A stretch of 64,000 nucleotides of DNA from Octopus bimaculoides. Its lineage: Eukaryota. The DNA lies in contig NC_068982.1 in the NCBI RefSeq assembly GCF_001194135.2, forward strand, positions 63,143,798-63,207,797, given 5' to 3'. Shown in pieces: positions 38,021 through 50,805 of this stretch. The position numbers were made by a program, and so were the translations under genes. Below the pieces are notes generated by a model, which was not told the DNA's origin, searched no databases, and saw nothing but the letters and a program-made list of their open reading frames with translations. The first letter of the stretch is position 1, and every line of letters starts with the position of its first letter.

Positions 38021-40110
38021 TTAGTGAGTAGCTGTACTGCTGTAATGTACAATGGCACTTGCTCGGTGGGTAAAGTAAATATACAAGTACATATAATCAT
38101 TTTCTGGGATGCATCTTATAGGTAATGAATGAAGATTACCTATATAACACATGACAAAAATAGTTGTGTAGACCAATTATAAATGGGACAATGAACAGAT
38201 TCTTTAAGTTACTTCATTCAAAAGATAAACTGGTGTAATTACTTAGCTTTTCAGCTCGCTTCTGTAATGCATTACATACACTTGTTATGGCTATGTCTAT
38301 TATTAATAATTTACCTCATATTTTGAACCCCTGAAATAACTTTCTAGCATTGAAGAATGAAAGAGAATAAAATTATTGGTTTGTGTCGAACATCCTATTG
38401 TTTTAAAATCCAAACAAAGACGATAGTTATTTAAACAACAATTTTTATGTATAATTAATATGTTATTGCTTGTTTTGTGACTAATTTTATTTCATCGAAC
38501 GAACTGTGTATCCACTTTTATTGCAGAATTTGCTTTTATCTCTATCATTGCCTCCCCACTGTTCCATCTATTTTACTATTTGTTTGTTCACTTCTCTTTG
38601 TCTTCTTTATACAGTTTCCACCATGGCTATTTGACAAAGTATGTATGCATGTTTGTATGTATGTAAGTACGTATGTTTGTGTGTATGCAAGTATGTATGC
38701 CTCTGCCAATAAGTCGATATTTCTGTTCTTTCTATCTGTGTATAACTGACGTTAATGATGCGTCTGAAAATTATCTGGCGAGCTACAGTGTTTCTATGTT
38801 TAACACGTTGTTGGCTTAGGCCATGAAACCTGTTATTTTGAAAAGGGGAATTCAAGACTAAAATATCAAATTATAAAGTGACAAATTGCGGTTCACTGCC
38901 CTTCGAAACTAGTTATCGGATAAAACAATTTGGCAGTGCGCTGGAGAAAATTAAAACAAAACTCACTCATTACACACACACACACACACATATACACAAC
39001 ACACACATACACGCATATGTAGCCACATTAATATGTACACATACACAAGACCGTGTATATATATGCACATATGCATCCATGCATAGATACATACAAACAC
39101 TTATAGCCACATTTCTGCATCGTTCCAATTTTACTGTATGCATTGCCAAAGCAATACCACATATAACCACATAGCCACGATAACATATATACGTAGTTTT
39201 TGCATATACAAATTCGCGTAGATATACATACATGCATATATATGAGTGTGTGTGCGTGTATGTGTGTTGTGTGTGTGTTTGTGTTTGTGTGTGTGTGTGC
39301 TGTGTGTATGTAAGCGTGAGTTTGTATGTGTGTATGCATGTATGAATGTAAGAAATGTAAGGTGTACCATTTTAAATAAAGATAAATCTTAGCTTCGAGC
39401 TGAAAAGTAAACAAAATTATTATACCATAACTTCTCTTAACTATTTTCTGAAGTCCCACTCGGAAGAAGAATACCCTCTTCTGTACACAATGAGATTATT
39501 AACTTGAACAAGGATAGACTTAATAGTTAAATTACATGCGCTCTCAAGAATATTTAACGAAAGATTGAAGATTTTATGAAAAGTAAAGTATATCTTTTTA
39601 TTTTAACGAAGATAAAATAAGTACGAGGCTTAACATATAGATACTGGGGTCAATTCGTTCGACTAAAACCCTTTAAGGACCTGTCCCAGCATATCCTTAA
39701 ACTAGTGACTGAAATAAGGCAAATATAACATTGAGATATATCTGACTAGTGTTCTAGATTCGTATACATTTATGAGATAAAGAAATGCCATCTTCTGTCC
39801 ACATAGTAATAGGTATTATTTATACGAACTAGAATTCAGCTAAATTGGTAGGTATAAAGGCTCTGATAAGCATATATTGTAGAAAATTAGGGAACAAGAA
39901 AATTCATATGAAAGGGAATCAATTTTTTAAAAAAGTGTTTTATAACTGACAAAAGTGTAAAATAAGTTATTATATTTACGTCTACTTTACGTTTCTATTG
40001 AATCTTTAATCGACATTCTGTGTCATATAAATAAGAGGTTAAATAAAGAGGTGAATAGTATATTTAAAAAAAAAGATAATTAAAAATAATTTTGAAAGAT
40101 TTGGACTCAC

Positions 40111-40278
40111 TTTTCAAAGACCTGGTCCAAGCATGGTCGGATACAGGAAACAATCCATAAAGGCAGAGCAAAAATCCCAATTTCTGGTGCTAGAGGAATC
40201 GGTCCACCACCACTTATCATGATAAGCCTCCAGACACGCCTGGCTCGTTCACGAGCCAGTACCGTGGTGAAAGCACAT
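40111..40278 (-). CDS. ABHD8: ABHD8 coding exon 3 (CAFTTVLARE...IMISGGGPIPLAP...VFEK)
   Basis: Acceptor tatctcttttag|A at 40278 completes the Gly codon of GHSYG. Donor AA|GTGAGT at 40111. 168 nt, phase 2/2. IMISGGGP matches ABHD8 IMINGGGP. Confidence 0.92.
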
Positions 40279-40799
40279 CTAAAAGAGATAATTAGAAATA
40301 TTACATAAAATATTACAAATAATTTCAAGCAAGTTAAGAATGAAAATGCATAAGGACTTCATAAACTTTCGGCTTTCTTTATTTGTATCCATTGTTTAAC
40401 GTATCTCTCGAGAGGCAAATATATGAGAGTACGTTGGCACGTATCTATATATTCTCTTTCTCATTAAAGTTTCAATTCTTATTTTGACTGATCATCTCTT
40501 TTCTGCTGTGGTAAAGTAGGAAAGTAAAGATAATGAATATAACTGGAATAATTCATTCGCTAATATATTCACCCTTAAAATGTTTAGGTTCTGTATATTA
40601 TTTATTGTCCTAAGCAGGTTGGTTATATTCGTATATATATTGCAGAGTTATATTCGTATATATTCGTATATATATTGCAGAGTTTAAATACACTTGAATC
40701 TATGCATGTTGGTACACATTATGCTAACCTTATTGTAAATTAACAGAAAGATGACATACTCGTATGATTGTGGTATCCATTTTGTATTCGTAATCCATT

Positions 40800-41620
40800 G
40801 TACATTGTGAGTAATGATCTCAGGTTCTGGGCAAATGGACTTAGAAATTGTTCATCTCATCGTACTCCGTTTGGATAACTATAGAAGCCTTAACTTTTGC
40901 TTCCTATTTAGGATGTTCAACGCTTGTCTCGCTTGGTTTTTAGTCTAAAGCAATTTTGTTGAGGTTTCAGGATAACCTCAGATTTTGGGTCTGCTTCCGG
41001 CTGATAGCCAGAAGCCCGAATTTCTGGTGTAAAATAAAATATGGCTTCCCCATCAACAGCTTTATAATATCAGGCATTTGTAGTACTACGTTAGGTATGA
41101 AAAATACACCTACGAGTGTATTTGATAAATGTTCTTGAAGTCATATTAAGACCCTGTTGTTACAACGTTAGGTCGTTAGCATGACATCTTCCGACTAGTT
41201 TTAGTTATTTCTTTCAGTGATTGGAGGAATTACCTAGAAGTCCTTACCTCTTGATTTTGCTACTTATGAAACGGTTCCACAAATGATTTGTAAACAAATA
41301 TTGAACCCACCACTCAAGCCTCTGGCTAAATCTTTAACTGTTATTTGGAGCCTTCGTTTTCACTTTTCTCTATTTAATCTTTCTTTCCTTCTAATAGATT
41401 CTCCTGTTCGATTTTTCCTCTGTGTAAGGCTAACTTCAGTCCAAGCATTTTTAATTTTGACTTTTATTTTGTCAAGGATTCTCTTTCTCTTTCTCTCTAT
41501 CTCTCTCTTAACTAAGAAAGTTCTATACTTCATACGAATTATCTTGAGTCTAGATTCGCAATAATCTTCCAATTTCTTTTTAAATTAGCCACTAAATAAG
41601 AAGCAAAGCTCTATAGCCGA
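40800..41620 (-). mobile_element. Degenerate CR1-like LINE fragment
   Basis: ERKRKRILDKIKVKIKNAW...RKNRTGESI and KPQQNCFRLK resemble the CR1 linker and QQHGFR regions; many stops. Confidence 0.35.
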
Positions 41621-42499
41621 CTGGAGAGAAATATTCGCAGAATATATTTCATCAAATTTTATATATAGCCTCTTCGTTATCTCTTAAATCAAAATGATAG
41701 AAAGCTAATAATACGTTAAATACGTTATTTTCGTTTTTAAAATTTGTAATGCGGATGATAATGTCACTGAAATAATTTTAGTTGAGAGGATTTAGTGTGA
41801 GTGTGCAAAAAATAACGTCCGACACTAGAGCTTTGAATTTGGTTGATGATGAAAGCTTTGTCTTTCAAGTGTGTAGTCATTTGGTTTTGGAAATATATGA
41901 AAGTTCTCTGATGTTTGGCTATTCAGTTTCTTATGAAAAATATATTTGATATTCTTACAATAGGTGATCTTTTAATTGTTCTTGAACAACATTATCTGCT
42001 GTCATACATCAACACATTTAAACATGTGTCGTTCGGTTATTATTGTATCTTATCTCAGAAGATATTACATTTCGCCATTGATTATAAAATTACCTATATA
42101 TTTTGACGTGATCATATTCCATTTTCGACAAGTTTCTAGAACCTTCGATTGTCAATGACAATAAATGACTATAACTGTAACATTGAGAAAGCCCAGCTGA
42201 TAAGTACTTTTTGAGAAAAATCAGAGAAAAGGACTTTATTAATAAATTCCAACCCAAACTAAATAAACAATAATACTAATACTAAGAGATACTATTTCTA
42301 ATGCTAGGACCACTACCACTAACAGCAACAACAATACTAAAGGTGCCCATGATGACGATAGCAGGAAAATACCAGCTAAATCAAGAGAAAAGTCAATAAA
42401 AATAATCTTATTTAGTTCTATTATCACAACGACCCGTACCACCACCAACAACAATAATAAAAGTGATGATAATGGTGATGATGATAATTGAAATGTAAA

Positions 42500-43200
42500 A
42501 ATCCATGGGAAATGTTACTTACAGCATTTCTAAAAATAACCAAACGATTACTGTTTCGGCTAAAGTCAAAATACAGGTCTCTTGACATTGTCAACAAACC
42601 GTGACGCCTAAACCAAACACCAACCAACTTAGGTAATTTAGTAAAGCGATACACTGATTGGTCTGAATACGGTTTGTAAAACTTGGCATTCTGGAGCCTA
42701 TGCAAATATATTAAACTGCTTGGTGGAAGTCTGCGGAGGATGACATGACAAACCTTGACTATTGGGATCGGCTCAAAAGCTCAGGCTTTGCTCCCTCCAC
42801 CGTCACTGTGAGCTCTATATCATCTGTATGATGTGGAAAATATTCCACCAACATTGCCCATCTTTAAAATTTGTCCGAGGCTTAGCCCCCGTGCCATCCG
42901 TCCACTATAGAAATGTTTATGTCGTATCACAACACTATTTCACCTCAATTCGCCCGCTCTCTTCAACATCGTGCCAGACACACATAAAGGAGGAAAGTGA
43001 CTTCACAGCATTCAAACGATCCTTAGACGATTACCCTCAACAAATACCAGATACACCACCCATACCCACACCTGTGAAAACAATAACTCTCTGCTTGAAT
43101 GGGCTACGATTCCCCAGAAGTGACTGTGTATCTCTTCCAGGTGGTGCTATTAAATTAGGCATGGCCTGAGTCAACTTCCGCCGAAACTTATCTAAGTAAT
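42500..43200 (+). mobile_element. CR1-like LINE 3' end fragment
   Basis: LDYWDRLK / LCSLHRHCELYIICMMWKI resembles the CR1 C-terminal YWERLK.L.LYSL.RRRERY.II..WKI motif, followed by a UTR-like end. Confidence 0.6.
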
Positions 43201-43813
43201 TTAATGTATGCTGTAACCTTTTAATCAAAACATGACACCGTGGGTAGAGGCTGATATCTTACCATTTCTGATGGTCATAATTATTAAAAAAATTATTAAA
43301 GATTTATATAGAACTACATTCAGAATATGTCTATAAGCTATTGTGTTTAGACCTGGTTTAGACCTCTAAATGTTCCGTTTTGTAGATGCAATTTTTTCTT
43401 TCTTAATAAAGCACTCCGAAATTAGAAAAATAAAAAATCTGCAACAATNNNNNNNNNNNNNNNNNNNNNNNNNNNNNNNNNNNNNNNNNNNNNNNNNNNN
43501 NNNNNNNNNNNNNNNNNNNNNNNNNNNNNNNNNNNNNNNNNNNNNNNNNNNNNNNNNNNNNNNNNNNNNNNNNNNNNNNNNNNNNNNNNNNNNNNNNNNN
43601 NNNNNNNNNNNNNNNNNNNNNNNNNNNNNNNNNNNNNNNNNNNNNNNNNNNNNNNNNNNNNNNNNNNNNNNNNNNNNNNNNNNNNNNNNNNNNNNNNNNN
43701 NNNNNNNNNNNNNNNNNNNNNNNNNNNNNNNNNNNNNNNNNNNNNNNNNNNNNNNNNNNNNNNNNNNNNNNNNNNNNNNNNNNNNNNNNNNNNNNNNNNN
43801 NNNNNNNNNNNNN

Positions 43814-43849
<36 letters not shown>

Positions 43850-44368
43850 GCGGGTGCGCCTATAGTTGATAAGTACATTTTATACATAACTGTGAATATT
43901 ATTCCTCTGGGGTTAAACCATAGAGCTTTCAGTAGCCAAGGGATGAGAGTGAGTTGGCTACAAATCGGTTTAGTTATTGGCATGACCAACACTGCACAGT
44001 TATGCAAACAATTTCTAGCCTAGACTTATGAGGCTTATGCAGAACGATAGCTATTGATTCGGAGCAATCACGGCTGCCTATATCCTATCTCGTTATTGTC
44101 CAGTTAATCCTTTCTTTTTTATTTCACACATTGTATTCTAACCTTATAATCTTGTATTCTTGCCTGCTTTTAGAAAATCACACAGATTGTCATCGATTTA
44201 CACCGAGTATTCTGTTTTTTTGCTTACAAATTTACCTCGAACTTACATGTTTTATATCGTTTTTTACTTATTCCTCTTCCTATTTCTGCAACACATTCAT
44301 GCTTAAATTCTTCCTCAACAAACTTACGCATGCGCCTGAACATGTAGTTCTTTATTCTCATTTTCCCG

Positions 44369-44406
44369 CTTTCTGATGAAATGCTGAAGTTCGAAACTTG
44401 TCAGAC
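44369..44406 (+). ncRNA. Decayed minimal hammerhead-like motif in a Penelope-type terminal fragment (~44090-44440)
   Basis: CUUU-CUGAUGA-A-AUGC(UGAA)GUUC-GAAA-CUUGUC-AGAC. Flanks are homologous to those of 25281-25316; stem II is mostly broken. Confidence 0.45.
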
Positions 44407-46147
44407 GTTTCTATATTCATTTCTTGAGCGCAAATATATCTGGCAATTCAAGTTATTTTAGTTATTAGTTTTGTACTTCAATCTGTCTGCCTGTCTGTCT
44501 GTCTTTTCCCCCATTCTTTCTATTTTCTCTCTTTCTATCTCACTCTAGCAATTTATATATGTAAACATAATATACTTCCATACACACATACACTTATGTA
44601 TATATACATATACACACATATATGCATATGCATATTAACGCTTGCATGCGTATATGTGAGCGTGTATTTCTGCGCATGTGTGTATGTTCATTTATGCCAG
44701 TAGAGAATGTATTTCTTTATGTAATTATATGTAATAATATAATTATACATATATGCATTTAATATAACTAGGCCACTATATATCTATCAGAAAGTGAATT
44801 ATCATTTCTTTCTAAAATTAAATTAAAGAGTTAGATATGATCTGTAATTTGGTGTAAACATGCGTTATATAAGATGATAAATAAATACTTTTAATATTCA
44901 TTCTGTGAACACCTTAGTTTCACACAATAATCGTCACACGCAGATGCTATAATTCTATTTTTTCATCAGAGTTGCTTGATGCTTTTTTTGTTTATAAGCA
45001 GACAAATTAATATGTATTAATATATTGCTTGTTAAATATATTAACTCCCCTTTGTTAAAACGCAAGTTCTCTTTCTTTGTCTCTCTTCTCTCTCTCTCTT
45101 CTCTCTCTCTTCTCTCTCTCTCTTCTCTCTCCCTCTTCTCTCTCTCTCTCTGTCCCTCTTCTCTCTCTCCCCCTCTCTCCCTCTCTCTCTCAGGGTACAA
45201 CTGTCAAGCACGAGTGTAAATAAGGAGTAACGTAATAATTTATCGTTATTTTCCTGGCCTTCCGTGATACATGATTGACATAATGATAATTAGCTTAGCT
45301 ATGGTAATCTGTTTTCAAATCGCAATGATCCACAGATCACATTTATCTCCGGTTTCAGAAATGTTAAGCGGATGAAAGGTTAATGTCACCAATGCGTAGG
45401 ATAATAAGCTATCGAAGTTAGCGTTTCTTGAGCAATGTACTTAAGACGTGAAATAACACGTCAATTAAATTATCTACTCCTTGTTAATGAAACAATTGTT
45501 ATCAACTCTTGAAACTTGAATGTCCGAGTCACTAAAAGACACCGTAAATTGCAGATGACAGGCAGTAGTCCAATAATTCATTGTATGTTTATATTATACC
45601 CAAATGGTTCGATTATTTAAGACAAGTACACATACATAAATTCTTGAGTGCAGCAATGCTGTGAATATTGAAGTGGTTATATAAATATAATATTCTCAAA
45701 ATAACGATATGTGAAATGCTTCCTTTATATCTTCTAATGCTTGGCAATGTTATTCTGATACATTCTAAAAGATATAAAATATGTAACGGTAATATCGCAA
45801 ATATAGTAAATTCCCTAAAGATCGTGGTCTCTGTCTCTTTTCCTCTAAGTAATTTAAAATAGAATATTAAATTTAAAAATATATTACTTGAGAAAGAGAA
45901 CAATTTTTACTGTATTTCTTCCTGAAAAATTAAACGAAATTAGACTAAGTAGTCCTTGTATAAAACATTACATTATGAGTGAAAAATACATATCTAATAT
46001 ATTAGAATAAAAAGCTTATTAGATGCTCTGGAATGTTGTTTAAAATGTTTTGTATCGATGAGCATTAAAAACTTTCCAAAATTATCATATTGCTTTTTTA
46101 TGCTTTCAACATATTGTCGCCAAATATTTGAAACAGTCTGTACTTAC

Positions 46148-46481
46148 CCATATGAATGTCCGATGATTAAATTTTTCTTTTTGCAATATCTGTCAAAAAT
46201 TGCAAGGACATCGGCCAAAATCTCTCGGAAATGGTAAGCTCTCTTTTTTAATGGAATTTCACTCATACCATGACCGATTAGATCAGGAGCCACAATTTCG
46301 AAACCGAGGCTGGAGAAATAACTGATTTGTGTCTGCCAAATATCGGAACTTCCACCGACGCCATGAAAAAAGAACAGAACGATATTCTTCAAGGCCGAGG
46401 CTGAACGTATACCCATTTTGAAAAGCATTCTCTTTTGGTCTTTGGATAATCCAGAGAAAAGTACATTCGACCTCGCCTTGC
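46148..46481 (-). CDS. ABHD8: ABHD8 coding exon 2: HGVGGS oxyanion region, APDLIGHG, nucleophile elbow GHSYG
   Basis: Acceptor ttctttaag|G at 46481, donor GG|GTAAGT at 46148. Its 334 nt fit phase 1 in and phase 2 out. Translation IVLFFFHGVGGSSDIWQTQISYFSSLGFEIVAPDLIGHG...IIGHSYG is typical ABHD8; catalytic Ser codon at 46155-46153. Confidence 0.93.
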
Positions 46482-46811
46482 CTTAAAGAAAAAAAAATAT
46501 TGAAGTTAAGGATGGACGATTAATTTGATAATATATTGCAATAATCAAGTTGTTTATAATTTCCAATGAAGAATAACATTTCTTTTCTATCGTTTCCTCT
46601 CTCTTTTATCTTTATCTCACTCACTCTCTCTCTCTTACTCTTTCTCTCTCCCTCACACAAAATTTAATTTTTTTTTTTACATCTTTCTCTTTCTATTTAA
46701 TTAGTCACTGATTAAACAAATATAACCATTATAGTTTCGAAACTAAACCTAATTAAACGCTAGTTTATCAGAGGGGATCTCACGTGTAAACAAATTGAGG
46801 ATTCCTATAAA

Positions 46812-47025
46812 GCAGTGAGTTGGCAGAAACGTTAGCACGCCGAGTGAAATGCTCTGCGGTATTTCGTCTGTCGTTACGTTCTAAGTTCAAATTCCGCCGA
46901 GGCCGACCTTGCCTTTCATCCTTTCTGGGTCGATAAATTAAGTACCAGTTGCGTACTGGGGTTGATCTAATCGACTGGACCCCTACCCCAAAATTGCGGA
47001 CCTTGTGCCTAGCATAGAAAAGAAT
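46812..47025 (+). mobile_element. SINE family A copy (best preserved)
   Basis: GGCAGAAACGTTAGCACGCCG...GTTCAAATTCCGCCGAGGCCGACCTTGCCTTTCATCC...TAAGTACCAGTTGCGTACTGGGG. Confidence 0.85.
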
Positions 47026-48595
47026 ATTCAGTATAGTGTTTAATCAAATTATCGAAGTATAAACTAAAAGTTTTCACATTTAGCTGCTAGGTGTTTTATT
47101 TAATTAGTATTCTTCGTTAGAATATAGTTTTAAAACTCTTTAAAAAGATAACAGATAATAGATTATTAGAGGACACATATAGAGTGTTGAACAAGAAATA
47201 AATGACAATGATGAAAGAAAATTCGACTGCGTTGAAAGTTAGGTCTATTCTTAAATGTATTAAAGGCACATTTTTCAACCAAAGATCTTGGAAATACATC
47301 ATGTCCTTTTATATATAATGTATTAAGTGGTGCACGAAAATTAGAAGTATCTTTCATTTTGGTACCTTAGGGGTTAAACTTATTTTCATATACATTTGGA
47401 GCACTGATTCCAAAAGTGTCATTCATTTTCCTCTGTTGGCTATAATTAATTAAAGGTAAAAAAATAAATCAACCACATATAACTAAACCAGTTTATCCCA
47501 TCTACTGAATTTGAGTGCATTGCAGTAAGATCTACTGTGATTGTAACTAAAAAAAAAATTAGTATAAAAGGTATACAATATTCTTGTATACCTTCGTTCA
47601 TACATCTTTCTAGAGTGAGGTTTATCAGAACTCTAGCAGTGAAGTTTCCTGTCATAATATCTCCTCGAGTGTGCACCGCGCTTTCCCTTGTATTTCTACT
47701 TCTCTTTCATTGCTTTATACACCGGTTGGAATCCATTTCTCGCTTTTAACTAAAATCATCATGTTTTTCTGGATAGCAATCTGGTTGATTATAGAGATAA
47801 TAGAGCTTGATGCTCATGCTACAGTTAAAATAACCAAAATTGGAAAGCAGGTCTTCCACTAATTTAGAACACATGTCTGCATAATATCTGTTAAAAAAGT
47901 TTTTGAGAACTTGAACAAAAAAAACAAAAAAACTACATGCCAAATATCGGGTTTGTCAATTACATTCATGAAACATTCAGAAGCTCTTTTATCTGAGGGT
48001 CATTAAAAGCCTCTGCCGTATTCTTTCTTTGCTGAATCCAGAGAATTTACTGCATAATATTCAAGCTCGACATTCACGTTCCAACAATTTGTTCTCTTTG
48101 GAAAACAGAAGAGTCATGCATTTTAAGTTATCTAAATTTAAATAACTGCAAAAAGCGAAAAAAAAAAAAAACGGTGGACTATATCATGAACGCATATATA
48201 CAGACTAGAAAAGTTCTGAATTTGTGATATTGCGAAGGGAAAAATAATTGAATAAAAAACTGAGTGTCCATTAGTTTATCTAACCCCTGTATATGTCGAC
48301 CAGAGAGAAAAACAGTTTGTACAAACATCCTTTTAGCTTTTACTGATTTCCCAAACATTTCCAAGATATGAAGAGTAAGTACACATCGAGTACTTCATGT
48401 TTTGCTGCTAATCAGAAAACTGAGGAATTATAAAATCATTACGTGTCTCTATGTTCAAGAAGCATTATCCTTAGATGCATTGATAGTAAAAGAATACATT
48501 ATCACTCATGTTAGTATTCTTCTAAGTTATATATGTAAAAATTGCATGAGTCATTAAAGACACGTAAAAAAATAGTCAAATTTGTAAATACATAC

Positions 48596-48938
48596 CATCA
48601 TATGGGATATGTCTTTTGTGTTGAGCCCCTGGAGCATTTGAGGAAGCAGACATCTTGCTGAATCCATTCCGAACGTTGTTTTGGTTTGCATTAGGATCGG
48701 CAACGATACATTTGTTGCCGTAGAAATTGACACGTGGCACACGAAGTTCTACAGGCGGAAGTGACGAATTCTTGATCTGTTTTGCTTGCGGAAGTTGTTT
48801 ATTGCGCATACGTGGATTGATATGTTGTATTCGCAAAACCCGACCTTTGCGAACTTCCACCAAATCTACATCGAGATTGGCGTTCGGTGCGGGGAAGACC
48901 TTGGAAGACCGACGAGGTTTTAAACAGGGAAAAGGCAT
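48596..48938 (-). CDS. ABHD8: ABHD8 coding exon 1 (MPFPCL...VEVRKGRVLRIQH...PYD|G); the exon extends as 5' UTR to an acceptor at 49042
   Basis: VEVRKGRVLRIQH resembles the N-terminal VEVKPGRVLRVKH block of vertebrate ABHD8 (recalled). ATG at 48938 is the first in-frame ATG after an in-frame TGA. Donor G|GTATG at 48596/48595 (phase 1). Upstream acceptor tttctttatctttccag| at 49043/49042. Confidence 0.8.
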
Positions 48939-49317
48939 CGTGAAATTTTCCTGGTGGGTGTTTATCGAAAATCTCCCACCTCAACGACTTTGGTTAACAT
49001 GTCCGCGATCCCTGAATTTCGCTACCCCATGTTGGTACACAACTGGAAAGATAAAGAAAAATTATTATTTAAAGTTATTTTCATGAGTTCTTTGTCTTTT
49101 TATCATATACATTTAAAATAATTCAGTTTTGCACGTACAACGAAAGTTACATTTTTTGTGACGTAGAAATGTGTAAGACCTGTTCAAACGCCTTCTCAAA
49201 CTCTAGTAAAATATCTTTAACAACAGTTTGATTAGCATACATCAGCAGAAATTCTCTACATAATTTACAGCAATATTATCAATATTATTCCCTGGAACCT
49301 ACATTTTTTTAAAGTAG

Positions 49318-49397
49318 GGAGCATGCAGAATCGCTTGCATGCTGGGCAAAATGCCTAGTGGCATTTCGTCCGTTATTACCTTCTGAGTTCAAATTTA
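49318..49397 (+). mobile_element. SINE family A 5' fragment
   Basis: GCAGAATCG..GCATGCTGGGCAAAATGCC..CATTTCGTCCG..TTCTGAGTTCAAAT. Confidence 0.6.
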
Positions 49398-50767
49398 TTT
49401 ACTGCATATTCTCAAGAAGTTCAGCCTAAACCATCTTGTAAATTGCTCGGATGCGGCAATTCTGAGTGAATCAATATTCCCGGAACAATTGTCATAGTAG
49501 TAGTTTTAAAGCAATCAATCTAAAGTATACTGAAATCATTTGATTACATATTCACGGGATTAATTCAAATTAATCAATCCAGTTATGTGCATAAAGACAA
49601 ATGCGAAATCGAAGTATTTCTTTTTATAGTTGGTAATTCTAGATATGTTCAAAAATGTTCTACTCGAAATAATAGGTCATAAGTGCAAATATTGTCGAAT
49701 ATATCAACTCCTCCAGTACTTGATTGTAAATTGAGTTCAACTTTCCATTCAGACTACTCATAGCGTTAGTTAAGTCCTCGAGATTCTTCTCAAATATTGT
49801 AATAGTTAAAAAGTTCAGATCAATTCTATTAAAAATGAAATTTCAATGAATCGTGGAAAGTATTGAACATGAACACGTCTTATGGTGTTCTAATCGATTT
49901 CGAATACTAATGAACACATATCTGGAAAGTGAAATCCTCGTGGATAATAGGCAGTAACCATAGAAATAAACAATTCTGCAAAACCCGCGATATGGCGACT
50001 AAGTCGATTACAAATGTCATTTTTATATTTTTCTCTTCAATATCATGAGTCTGAGATATTTTTAAATAATGACGGATAATTACTGGTATCCACAATACAC
50101 AAAGAAAGCTAACGTAATCTATATTGGTTACCCTAAATCATAATATATTCTGCATATTAAGCTCCCGAGAAAATGGAGAAATATTTGCTACACAGATAGG
50201 TACATTAACTTTCAATTACTTCATATACCTCATATACATACATACAAGAAAACAAAACAAAAAACTGCTCTTGATTAAGAGCCGAGAAGCTGCTCATTGT
50301 ATGCAGGATACCACAAACATATATAGCAGCAATAAAAATATTAGCAATTAATCTTTACTTCCTTTTATTTTGCGTTAACCGTGGCGACAAAGAGCTGCGT
50401 AAAAGTACATGCCCACAATACACTGCAATAAAAGCAAGGGCAATGAGAAAACCAATAAAAACATTTCAATATGGCAGTTTATCACAATATTGGAAATTAA
50501 CCTTTTCAAGAAGAATATAGAAGTGAACAATCTAGATTAGAACGAACAATACATTTAAATGTGAACAATAAAATGCACACAACATAATAAGCACTTGACA
50601 TGATCTAGACTCACAAAACTACGTTAATTTGTGGAGTTAAAGATGTAAAATAATTAAGGTTACTGAAATGATAATGCTAGTTAGAATTTAAAGGTTTTAA
50701 ACGCTTCAGAAATATTAACGAGGACTAAAGATGATGATAATCTTGTGTTAGATAAATGATAATAATT

Positions 50768-50805
<38 letters not shown>

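Noticed and set aside
50385-50402. GTTAACCGTGGCGAC, a possible RFX X-box
   Set aside because: Two mismatches to the consensus and no TSS evidence.
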